36,392 nt of DNA from a virus (lineage: Duplodnaviria > Caudoviricetes). Under the pieces are notes generated by a model. That model searched no databases. It was not told where the DNA came from and saw only the letters and a list, made by a program, of their open reading frames with translations. The position numbers and the translations under genes were made by a program. How positions within the stretch are numbered: position 1 is the first letter of the stretch; each line of letters starts with the position of its first letter. The stretch lies in the IMG/VR virus record IMGVR_UViG_3300005611_001848, positions 1 through 36,392 of that record, one strand, 5' to 3'. Shown piece by piece: positions 9,729 through 16,862 of this stretch.

Positions 9729-10582
9729 CTAACCCTTTTGATAATATTATTAAAGACACCCTGAAGAGAAAAGTAATCTTGATAGAGTTCTTGACCCTTT
9801 TTTAACATCTCATTGTATGTATCGTCAGAAATACTCTTCAAAATATCGTAGGTATTTCTAATATTGTCCTCATCAATTATAACACAAAATTCTTCCCAAT
9901 CCAATTCATCAGACCAAGGAAGTGCATGATCATCAGAAATGTACACAGGAACAGTATTCAATTGGAAAGACTCATAAAGTCTGAAACTTGTCGTTCCATA
10001 TCCTCTAGGGCAAAGAGAGAACTTAGAGGAAGACATAACATGGAGAAAATTGTACAGTTTTTCTTCGCCAACATTAATATCCCAGTTACCTGCTTTGACT
10101 AAACAATCATCTTTGCCTCGAAATGCTTTTTGCATATCAGTTCTTACCCAATAGGTATTAGAACCAATGAAGGAAGCAAAATATTTGTGTCCTCTTTGGG
10201 GGATATTGGGAATAGGTGAGCAAACAAGTGGAATAGGAATTACATTACCCTTCTTACGATTACCACCAGCAGAAAAAATCATAGTATCTTCTGGAAAATC
10301 TTCAAAAGGCCCATCATCTTGTTGACAAACTGTAAAGTATTTTCTATCAGCACTCAATGTTTCATAAAGTAGATTCTGCAAATCTGGATATGGTTGACCA
10401 GCCCAGATCTTATTACAAAAAATATTTGACCAGAAGATGTCAATATATTCTCTCTTTGGTTTATCTTCTAATTGTTGATAATGACTATAAAAATACTCTT
10501 CAAGATATTCTCCTTGATGATAAGGAGGATATGTTGGTGTAAGAGACTTTGGTCTCAGATAATCTTCCTTCAAATAAACCAC
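9725..10582 (-). CDS. Exostosin-family (GT47) glycosyltransferase
   Basis: SKFSLCPRGYGTTSFRLYES...VPVYISD...LPW...LDW motif. Confidence 0.85.
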   Translation of the reverse strand: MVYLKEDYLRPKSLTPTYPPYHQGEYLEEYFYSHYQQLEDKPKREYIDIFWSNIFCNKIWAGQPYPDLQNLLYETLSADRKYFTVCQQDDGPFEDFPEDTMIFSAGGNRKKGNVIPIPLVCSPIPNIPQRGHKYFASFIGSNTYWVRTDMQKAFRGKDDCLVKAGNWDINVGEEKLYNFLHVMSSSKFSLCPRGYGTTSFRLYESFQLNTVPVYISDDHALPWSDELDWEEFCVIIDEDNIRNTYDILKSISDDTYNEMLKKGQELYQDYFSLQGVFNNIIKRVR

Positions 10583-11241
10583 AATCCTTCCTCCTTAAAC
10601 TTATTGATTTTAGTTTTTACACCAACCATCCAATTATTATGAACAATCATTGCATTTTCTTTTTTGCCTTGTTGATAATACACATTACCATTAGGAAATA
10701 AATCCTCAGATAGCAATGCTATATTATCATTATATTTTGTAAGTCCAATACGATTCATGATGAGTTGATCATCGTCAGAATCATCTGCACCACATTCTTC
10801 TACTAACTGACGACACTCTGGTGTCTCATTAAATACCATAAATCCAGTGCAGATTGTAGACCCAGGAGCATCAGTTTGAAATAATACTTCTTCATGACCA
10901 GTCAGAATCTCAACAGGATTTTCTTTGAATACAATGTCAGTGTCAACCCACATCAAATTGGGATGTTCTTTATGCACCTGATTGATAATTTTCCACTTGT
11001 GACGAACCACATTTCTAAATCCACTATTACTATCAAAGGTCCAATCCTGATATTCTTTTAAGTTACTATTCATATAAAGAAAAGCACCTTTATAACCTTC
11101 AAGAATAAAAGACTTATAAACGTCTTCATCCATACATGCAATAATAAAGTCATCCATATCAATGCCCACTTTTTCAGCAGACCTCAACATATTCAAACAA
11201 ATATCATGACATCCAGAATTTAGAAAAGTTAAAAATTTCAT
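10570..11241 (-). CDS. Nucleotide-diphospho-sugar transferase (GT77-like)
   Basis: DTDIVFKENP, CTGF, DQ..MN, FPNG and HNNWMVG..K motifs. Confidence 0.8.
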   Translation of the reverse strand: MKFLTFLNSGCHDICLNMLRSAEKVGIDMDDFIIACMDEDVYKSFILEGYKGAFLYMNSNLKEYQDWTFDSNSGFRNVVRHKWKIINQVHKEHPNLMWVDTDIVFKENPVEILTGHEEVLFQTDAPGSTICTGFMVFNETPECRQLVEECGADDSDDDQLIMNRIGLTKYNDNIALLSEDLFPNGNVYYQQGKKENAMIVHNNWMVGVKTKINKFKEEGLWFI

Positions 11242-12188
11242 TGATCTTTATACCACTCATAAGTTGTTTTAATTCCGTCTTTGAGAGAAATTTTTGGTTT
11301 CCACCCAAGTGATTTGATCTTATCAACATTAAGAACTTTTCTTGGAGTTCCATTAGGTTTAGAAGTATCCCAGTTTGTGGATCCAGGAAATTCTACAATT
11401 CGAGAAATGATTTCTGATAGTTCTTTGATGGTAATATCTTCACCAGTTCCAACATTAAGAGGTTCTGCAGAATCATAATCTCTCATGCAGATAAAACATG
11501 CCTCGGCAAGATCATCAACATGAAGAAACTCACGTTTTGCGGAACCATCACCCCAAAGTTCTACATCAGGCCACCAAGGACCACCCATGTCAATAGTATA
11601 TCCATCAGTAGTTGCATAATGATACTTAGCAATCATCGCAGGTAGAACATGAGATGACTCTAAATCAAAGTTATCATTAGGACCATACAGATTCGTGGAC
11701 ATCAAAGAAATTGCATTAAATCCATACTGCTTACGATATGCCTGACACATCTTGATTCCAGCAATCTTTGCAATTGCATATGCATCATTTGTAGGTTCAA
11801 GAGGACCTGTCATCAGATACTCTTCCTTAATTGGTTGCTCACACATCTTTGGATAAATGCACGAAGAACCAAGAAACAAGAGTTTCTTAACACCAAACTT
11901 GCGTGCAGCATGAATAATGTTTGACTGAATCATCAGATTATCATAGATGAAATGTCCAGGATAATCTTTATTTGCACCAATCCCACCAACCTTTGCAGCA
12001 GCAAGGTAGACATATTCAGGTTCATTAATTCTAAAGAATCTTTCAACATCTTCTTGTCTTCTCAAGTCCCAATGAGAAGAAGGTGAAGAAATAATATTCG
12101 TATAACCCTTCATATGAAGCATACGAACAATTGCAGATCCCACTAATCCAGTGTTACCGGCAACGTAAATTTTACTATCAGCATTCAT
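11238..12188 (-). CDS. fcl: GDP-L-fucose synthase
   Basis: [29 protein letters not shown] and NLYGPNDNF motifs; follows gmd. Confidence 0.95.
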   Translation of the reverse strand: MNADSKIYVAGNTGLVGSAIVRMLHMKGYTNIISSPSSHWDLRRQEDVERFFRINEPEYVYLAAAKVGGIGANKDYPGHFIYDNLMIQSNIIHAARKFGVKKLLFLGSSCIYPKMCEQPIKEEYLMTGPLEPTNDAYAIAKIAGIKMCQAYRKQYGFNAISLMSTNLYGPNDNFDLESSHVLPAMIAKYHYATTDGYTIDMGGPWWPDVELWGDGSAKREFLHVDDLAEACFICMRDYDSAEPLNVGTGEDITIKELSEIISRIVEFPGSTNWDTSKPNGTPRKVLNVDKIKSLGWKPKISLKDGIKTTYEWYKDQ

Positions 12189-13179
12189 GATTACACATTT
12201 CCTCAACTAATTGTTTAAAAGAAGTTTTAGGTTCCCAACCTAATTTTTCTTTTGCCTTAGAGGCATCACCTAATAAAGTCTCTACTTCAGCAGGTCGGAA
12301 ATATTTAGAATCAACTCTGATAACTACTTTTCTAGTTTCTACATCAATTCCAATTTCATCCAGTCCCTCACCCATCCATTCAATATTCATATCAAAATAA
12401 GGTGCTGCTTCTTCAACAAACTGACGAACAGAATATTCTTTTCCCGTAGCAATCACAAAATCCTCAGGTTCATCTTGTTGAAGCATCAACCACATAGCCT
12501 CAACATAATCTCTGGCATGTCCCCAATCACGAAGTGCATCAAGATTACCAAGATACAAACATTCTTGTTTACCCTCAGAAATTGCTTTGAATGCTCTTGT
12601 AATCTTACGGGTCACAAATGTTTCACCACGTCTTGGAGATTCATGATTGAAAAGAATACCACTACAAGCATACATTCCATATGACTCACGATAGTTCTTC
12701 ACAATCCAATATCCATAAAGTTTCGCAACACCATAAGGAGAACGTGGATAGAAAGGGGTCGTTTCTGTTTGAGGAATCTCTTGAACCAGACCATATAGTT
12801 CACTAGTAGATGCCTGATAGATACGAACCTTATCTTCCATACCCAAAAGACGAACTGCCTCAAGGACTCTCAGAGTACCCAGTCCATCAGTCTGACCAGT
12901 ATATTCGGGCATCTCAAACGATACTTTTACATGACTCTGAGCACCTAGATTATAAATCTCATCGGGTTTAACCTGTTGAATAACTCTCACTAAGTTAGTA
13001 GAATCAGTCAGATCTCCATAATGAAGATGTAATTGTGGGTAGATATGATCAATACGATGCGTATTAATCAAAGAAGAACGACGCACAATACCATGAACTT
13101 CATATCCTTTTTCCAATAGAAGTTCTGCTAAGTATGAACCATCTTGTCCAGTAATACCACTAATTAAAGCAACTTTCAT
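12178..13179 (-). CDS. gmd: GDP-mannose 4,6-dehydratase
   Basis: [30 protein letters not shown] and [15 protein letters not shown] motifs. Confidence 0.97.
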   Translation of the reverse strand: MKVALISGITGQDGSYLAELLLEKGYEVHGIVRRSSLINTHRIDHIYPQLHLHYGDLTDSTNLVRVIQQVKPDEIYNLGAQSHVKVSFEMPEYTGQTDGLGTLRVLEAVRLLGMEDKVRIYQASTSELYGLVQEIPQTETTPFYPRSPYGVAKLYGYWIVKNYRESYGMYACSGILFNHESPRRGETFVTRKITRAFKAISEGKQECLYLGNLDALRDWGHARDYVEAMWLMLQQDEPEDFVIATGKEYSVRQFVEEAAPYFDMNIEWMGEGLDEIGIDVETRKVVIRVDSKYFRPAEVETLLGDASKAKEKLGWEPKTSFKQLVEEMCNHEC

Positions 13180-13199
13180 TTTTAAGTTTATTTTTTTAT

Positions 13200-13237
13200 A
13201 TTATACAAAAAAAGCAGGGTTTATGCAACCCTGCTTT
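13200..13237 (-). terminator. Intrinsic terminator with an embedded sigma70 promoter for gmd
   Basis: AAAGCAGGGTT-gcata-AACCCTGCTTT plus a U-tract; the same bases read TTGCAT-N17-TATAAT. Confidence 0.75.
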
Positions 13238-13240
13238 ATA

Positions 13241-13326
13241 GGACTCAGGCTCGCCACTTGTTTTTTTGAGAAACAAGAAACTCAAAGGGGTTTCCCGACC
13301 AGTGCTGTTATAGTCCATCCGTGACT
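13241..13326 (-). ncRNA. Structured RNA resembling the cyanophage wcaG motif
   Basis: GC-rich intergenic segment with a GAG/CUC plus CUUGUUU/AAACAAG pseudoknot and UGGCGAGCCUG; lies directly upstream of gmd-fcl(wcaG); family assigned from memory and context. Confidence 0.55.
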
Positions 13327-13332
13327 AATTCA

Positions 13333-13548
13333 TCATACAGTTTCTACAAGTTCAAGATCAGAATATAGGTAATCCATCAAAATTTCATAATCATCTCCCG
13401 GATCACCCGAGAATACAATTCCACAATTTTCATAAAAACGACGAACTTTTTTAAAGAGTTTGGGATTCTTTACATCGAGAAAGATTTCTCCATTAGCAGC
13501 AGCACGAAGAGTGCTAATGTCTTTCTTGAATTTTTCAGTCAGTTCCAT
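13333..13548 (-). CDS. Small hypothetical cyanophage protein
   Basis: 71-aa ORF with its own consensus promoter. Confidence 0.8.
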   Translation of the reverse strand: MELTEKFKKDISTLRAAANGEIFLDVKNPKLFKKVRRFYENCGIVFSGDPGDDYEILMDYLYSDLELVETV

Positions 13549-13570
13549 TGTTTGTTTTGTTTACCTGTCT

Positions 13571-13621
13571 ATTATAAAGTATTTGAAGTATGTAGTCAAG
13601 ATGCCAGTGAATGAACTGGCA
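13571..13621 (-). promoter_or_regulatory. Sigma70-type promoter with an upstream inverted repeat
   Basis: TGCCAGT-N6-ACTGGCA followed by TTGACT-N17-TATAAT. Confidence 0.75.
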
Positions 13622-13623
13622 AG

Positions 13624-13697
13624 TCGGGACGATAGGATTTGAACCTACGGCCGCCCGCTCCCAAAGCGGGTGCTCTACCAAACTGAGCTACGTCCCG
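13624..13697 (-). tRNA. tRNA-Pro(UGG)
   Basis: Cloverleaf CGGGACG.../CGTCCCG; anticodon arm CCCGC-TTTGGGA-GCGGG; GGTTCAAATCC; no encoded CCA. Confidence 0.96.
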
Positions 13698-13700
13698 AAA

Positions 13701-13753
13701 GTAGGTTCCTATCGCCGCCAACCCTGAACCTACCAAAGGAGGTTGCCGCAGCC
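13701..13753 (-). ncRNA. Putative H-type pseudoknot RNA immediately 5' of tRNA-Pro
   Basis: CAACC/GGUUG helix interleaved with a perfect 8-bp GUAGGUUC/GAACCUAC helix. Confidence 0.45.
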
Positions 13754-13754
13754 A

Positions 13755-13937
13755 TCATGTACGACCCACTAGTGCCAAAACTCCATGAGAGTAGAAGGCA
13801 AGAAGAGTACAACCAAGAATGGCACTTATTATTGTAGCAGTTTTATTGTGTTTGTCAATAGCTTTATCAATCATTTCCTGGCACTGTTTTTCAGTGACAT
13901 AGTGCTCAGGTTTGATTTCATCCATCCTGTGAGACAT
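13755..13937 (-). CDS. Small membrane protein
   Basis: 60 aa with a C-terminal hydrophobic helix. Confidence 0.7.
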   Translation of the reverse strand: MSHRMDEIKPEHYVTEKQCQEMIDKAIDKHNKTATIISAILGCTLLAFYSHGVLALVGRT

Positions 13938-14073
13938 TGGGTAAGTTACTCATCGGGTCCGGTTGTCCACTTACTATAGCACAAGCTCTCTTATAAAAGA
14001 AGTTATCTGTTGTACCGTTTTCCTCAAATTTCTCCTTGATAATTTTCCAATTTTGTAATTCGTCGGGATGCAT
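13918..14073 (-). CDS. Small hypothetical protein (MHPDELQNWKIIKEKFEENGTTDNFFYKRACAIV..., 51 aa)
   Basis: Manual translation; downstream of a TTGACA-N17-TACATT promoter; below the ORF-track cutoff. Confidence 0.7.
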   Translation of the reverse strand: MHPDELQNWKIIKEKFEENGTTDNFFYKRACAIVSGQPDPMSNLPNVSQDG

Positions 14074-14152
14074 AATAGTAGAAAGATTGCCTACAGTACT
14101 ATTTAATGTAGCGATACACTACACTATTGTCAAGTAAGTGTTTATTCTCTAA

Positions 14153-14235
14153 CGGAGAGAACAGGAATCGAACCTGCGAAAGTATTACCTCCAGCCGCTT
14201 TCAAGGCGGTGTCCTCGACCAACCGGACTCTCTCC
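14153..14235 (-). tRNA. tRNA-Ser(UGA) with an atypical D-arm connector
   Basis: GGAGAGA/TCTCTCC acceptor stem, CTTGAAA loop, long variable arm, GGTTCGATTCC, G discriminator. Confidence 0.9.
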
Positions 14236-14490
14236 CTATCGAACTTCAAAGTTCAATTTACGAACTTTACGTTGTTTTCTTGCTTCTTGCCACATAACAT
14301 CTTCTTGTGTCAAGAAGGTTTTGTTGTTTTTAACACTGATAGAGTTTAACATAACTACCTTCGTTAAGTCAACTGCACTAACTTTGTTGTCTACAACTCT
14401 CATCATGTTTGGACATCCACAACACTGAACTTTACTAGTGCTCACTAACTCCACATTACAGGAGAGGCACCTTACCTTTATATTATCCAT
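14236..14490 (-). CDS. Cys-rich (zinc-ribbon-like) hypothetical protein
   Basis: CLSC...CCGCPN motif; late promoter upstream. Confidence 0.8.
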   Translation of the reverse strand: MDNIKVRCLSCNVELVSTSKVQCCGCPNMMRVVDNKVSAVDLTKVVMLNSISVKNNKTFLTQEDVMWQEARKQRKVRKLNFEVR

Positions 14491-14524
14491 TTGATAATGT
14501 TTTCTTACTTCTTCATTTTTTCAT

Positions 14525-14532
14525 TATTTATA
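14525..14532 (-). promoter_or_regulatory. T4-type late promoter
   Basis: Exact TATAAATA abutting the 3' end of tRNA-Val. Confidence 0.65.
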
Positions 14533-14604
14533 TGGGAGATACCGGGATCGAACCAGTGACCCACTCGGTGTAAACGAGTTGCTCTACCGCTGAGCTAATC
14601 TCCC
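14533..14604 (-). tRNA. tRNA-Val(UAC)
   Basis: GGGAGAT/ATCTCCC acceptor stem, TTTACAC loop, GGTTCGATCCC. Confidence 0.96.
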
Positions 14605-14607
14605 AAA

Positions 14608-14679
14608 CTCCCCAGGTAGGATTTGAACCTACGACCAGACGATTAACAGTCGTCGGCTCTGCCGCTGAGCTACTGAGGA
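14608..14679 (-). tRNA. tRNA-Asn(GUU)
   Basis: TCCTCAG/CTGGGGA acceptor stem, CTGTTAA loop, GGTTCAAATCC. Confidence 0.96.
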
Positions 14680-14834
14680 TTATTTTGTTCTCGTTTTAAT
14701 TTAAAGTAAAGTTTATAATATCTTTTCTTCATTTCATCTAAAACGAGAGAGTCTTCTATAAATTTAAGTTTTCTACATTGTGCAGAACTACCTTCAAGTT
14801 CTCCAATCAATAATAAAATATCAACAGGATTCAT
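14670..14834 (-). CDS. Small hypothetical protein (MNPVDILLLIGELEGSS..., 54 aa)
   Basis: Manual translation; fills the gap; its stop codon falls inside the 5' end of tRNA-Asn. Confidence 0.6.
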   Translation of the reverse strand: MNPVDILLLIGELEGSSAQCRKLKFIEDSLVLDEMKKRYYKLYFKLKREQNNPQ

Positions 14835-14838
14835 TTAT

Positions 14839-15021
14839 TTATTCAGACACTTTAGATTGTAGCATATACTCTACGGTATTGGCAACATCTTCCATGGCAT
14901 CACGAAGCATAGGTTGTTGCCCAGAGTGTTGCTCTAACTTTGTAATGCCATTTTTAAATTCTTCTGATAAAGTCCATCTCCATTGCCCCATACTTTTTGA
15001 ATACCAAAGATTAATTTTCAT
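14839..15021 (-). CDS. Small hypothetical cyanophage protein
   Basis: 60 aa, MKINLWYSKSMGQWRWTL; co-oriented with neighbours. Confidence 0.75.
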   Translation of the reverse strand: MKINLWYSKSMGQWRWTLSEEFKNGITKLEQHSGQQPMLRDAMEDVANTVEYMLQSKVSE

Positions 15022-15034
15022 TAGATAAATTAAA

Positions 15035-15241
15035 TCATTTTATTGTATCATGATTTTCTGTTTCATGATAAAACTGTAATAATGCTTCATCCAAGGCATC
15101 CTTAGGATCAGTCATTGTCTGTCTCATGTGATATTCTCTCACATTTTCCAATGCCTTCTGGAAAAGTTCCATACCCTTATCTTGTGCATACACAGGAGAT
15201 GCAAACAAAAAAACAAAAATAAGAAAAAATTTTTTCACCAT
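15035..15241 (-). CDS. Small exported hypothetical protein
   Basis: Signal-peptide-like N-terminus ending VYA. Confidence 0.65.
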   Translation of the reverse strand: MVKKFFLIFVFLFASPVYAQDKGMELFQKALENVREYHMRQTMTDPKDALDEALLQFYHETENHDTIK

Positions 15242-15453
15242 TCATCCTCAAATTTTAAATTTTCTTGATGCTCTGCATTTTGTTTACAATATCCATGAAC
15301 ATCCATTTCCATCTTAAGATGAGCACTCGTATGAATTCCCTCAATTAAAATAAGAATCCCAAGCAGAGCAGCAGGAAGTAACCATAATTGTGAAGAGCAA
15401 CAGGCAATGCACCATCGTTTCCACTTGGGATCGCAGATATTATTTTTGGACAC
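15235..15453 (-). CDS. Small membrane protein
   Basis: Central hydrophobic helix; GTG start uncertain. Confidence 0.6.
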   Translation of the reverse strand: MSKNNICDPKWKRWCIACCSSQLWLLPAALLGILILIEGIHTSAHLKMEMDVHGYCKQNAEHQENLKFEDEW

Positions 15454-15518
15454 AGTGTATTACTCCAGACATCGGATTCATCATGCAAGTAAATTTCGTC
15501 TTTTGAGTCAACATGCTC

Positions 15519-15547
15519 ATTATAACAAATAACTGGGCAATAAGCAA
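15519..15547 (-). promoter_or_regulatory. Sigma70-type promoter
   Basis: TTGCTT-N17-TATAAT; the -35 lies within an imperfect inverted repeat extending to ~15574. Confidence 0.6.
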
Positions 15548-15591
15548 TATCAAAAAAATATTGCCCTTACCCAGAGTTTTTAGTAATTTCA

Positions 15592-16851
15592 TCAGAACTT
15601 AAAGATACTGATACTATTTACCGCATCTTTTTCATTAGAAGTAATGAAGAGTCCTTCATTTTCTAAAGCAAGAAGTCCTTCAGGTGCTTTACCTGTAGGA
15701 AGAATTTGAGTCATGACTGGGGAAGACAAATCAGAGATATTATAAACACCAACTGCATTTGCTCTCTCGGCACCCACAAACAGCATAGGAACGCCATTAT
15801 AAGTTCCGACCGCAACAGACTCAGGTTCAACACCCTTCTTCTCGGCACGTTTATCATTCCAATAACCTGCTCTGGCAAGAGTATTCTCAAAAGTGTTACC
15901 GGAATCATACACTATCGTACCATTCTTGTTCCAAATTGTAAATCCTCTGGAACCACCACGCTTGTGCTCACCACGACGCTTCAGTTTATAATCACCCTCA
16001 TTGGCAGTTGCGAAGTGATCATTATCAATCCAAGCAACAGCATCGGGCTCACGACGTACACCCTGACGAGAACCGACAGGCATATAGTAACCATCTTTTG
16101 TGTCGTCGATGTCATAAAGGTCTACCTTGCCAGCAGAGAAATGGGAGATGACATTACCACTGGAATCAAGAACAACCAAATGATTATTCTCTTGAAGAGT
16201 AACAACAATTTCACCTTTGTCATTGATATCAACAAACTCAGGTTCAGGATCACTAGGAGCAATGCCAGCAAGACCACGAACATCTGCATAAGTTACCTCA
16301 CCTTCCAAATTAATAATAGCAACATTACCGGCAGGATACTGAGGAATCAGTCCATCATTAAGATCTTCATCTCTCTCATTTTCAATGGCAACGGCAGCAA
16401 ACTTACCATTAGGACTAATAGCAACAGCATCTGGTTGACCGGCAAGAACAATCTCTTTTACTACTTGATAGTCCCACAAATCAATCACCGCAACATAACC
16501 CGATGGATTTGTAAAGGATTCAGAGGTGTTAATAGCCGCAATCGCATATCCATTGTGGATTGCAACACTGGTTGGTTCACCACCAACATCCACAGAAGTG
16601 ATAGAGGTAGGGTTGGAAGGATCAATAATAGACACAAAGTCGATAGATCCTTTATCGGAGTTGGAGTATGCAAGAATTTGTCCATCGGAAGCAATAATCT
16701 CGGCAGCAGAATCTTCACCAACACCATACTGACCAACCTGCTCAAAGGTAGGAGCTGCGAATGCACCGGAAAGGGCAGAAACATCTGCCCCAACGATAGC
16801 ACCCAGAGCAATTACTGGTAAACTTACCAGTTTAATAAGTTCTAGATACAT
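15592..16851 (-). CDS. Exported beta-propeller of the alkaline-phosphatase-associated (choice-of-anchor I-like) family
   Basis: Signal peptide; PDAVAISPNG, EPEFV, VTLQENN, TANEGD, KGVEPE and APEGL motifs; downstream of pstS. Confidence 0.8.
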   Translation of the reverse strand: MYLELIKLVSLPVIALGAIVGADVSALSGAFAAPTFEQVGQYGVGEDSAAEIIASDGQILAYSNSDKGSIDFVSIIDPSNPTSITSVDVGGEPTSVAIHNGYAIAAINTSESFTNPSGYVAVIDLWDYQVVKEIVLAGQPDAVAISPNGKFAAVAIENERDEDLNDGLIPQYPAGNVAIINLEGEVTYADVRGLAGIAPSDPEPEFVDINDKGEIVVTLQENNHLVVLDSSGNVISHFSAGKVDLYDIDDTKDGYYMPVGSRQGVRREPDAVAWIDNDHFATANEGDYKLKRRGEHKRGGSRGFTIWNKNGTIVYDSGNTFENTLARAGYWNDKRAEKKGVEPESVAVGTYNGVPMLFVGAERANAVGVYNISDLSSPVMTQILPTGKAPEGLLALENEGLFITSNEKDAVNSISIFKF

Positions 16852-16862
16852 TTATTTTTACC

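Noticed and set aside
383-13179. Bacterial chromosomal O-antigen island
   Set aside because: Flanking phage-type hli, talC, T4 late promoters, T4-like nrdAB and dense small ORFs indicate a cyanomyovirus genome.
13701-13753. HDV-like (theta) ribozyme next to a tRNA
   Set aside because: There is no P3/L3 element between the helices, and it lies 5' rather than 3' of the tRNA.
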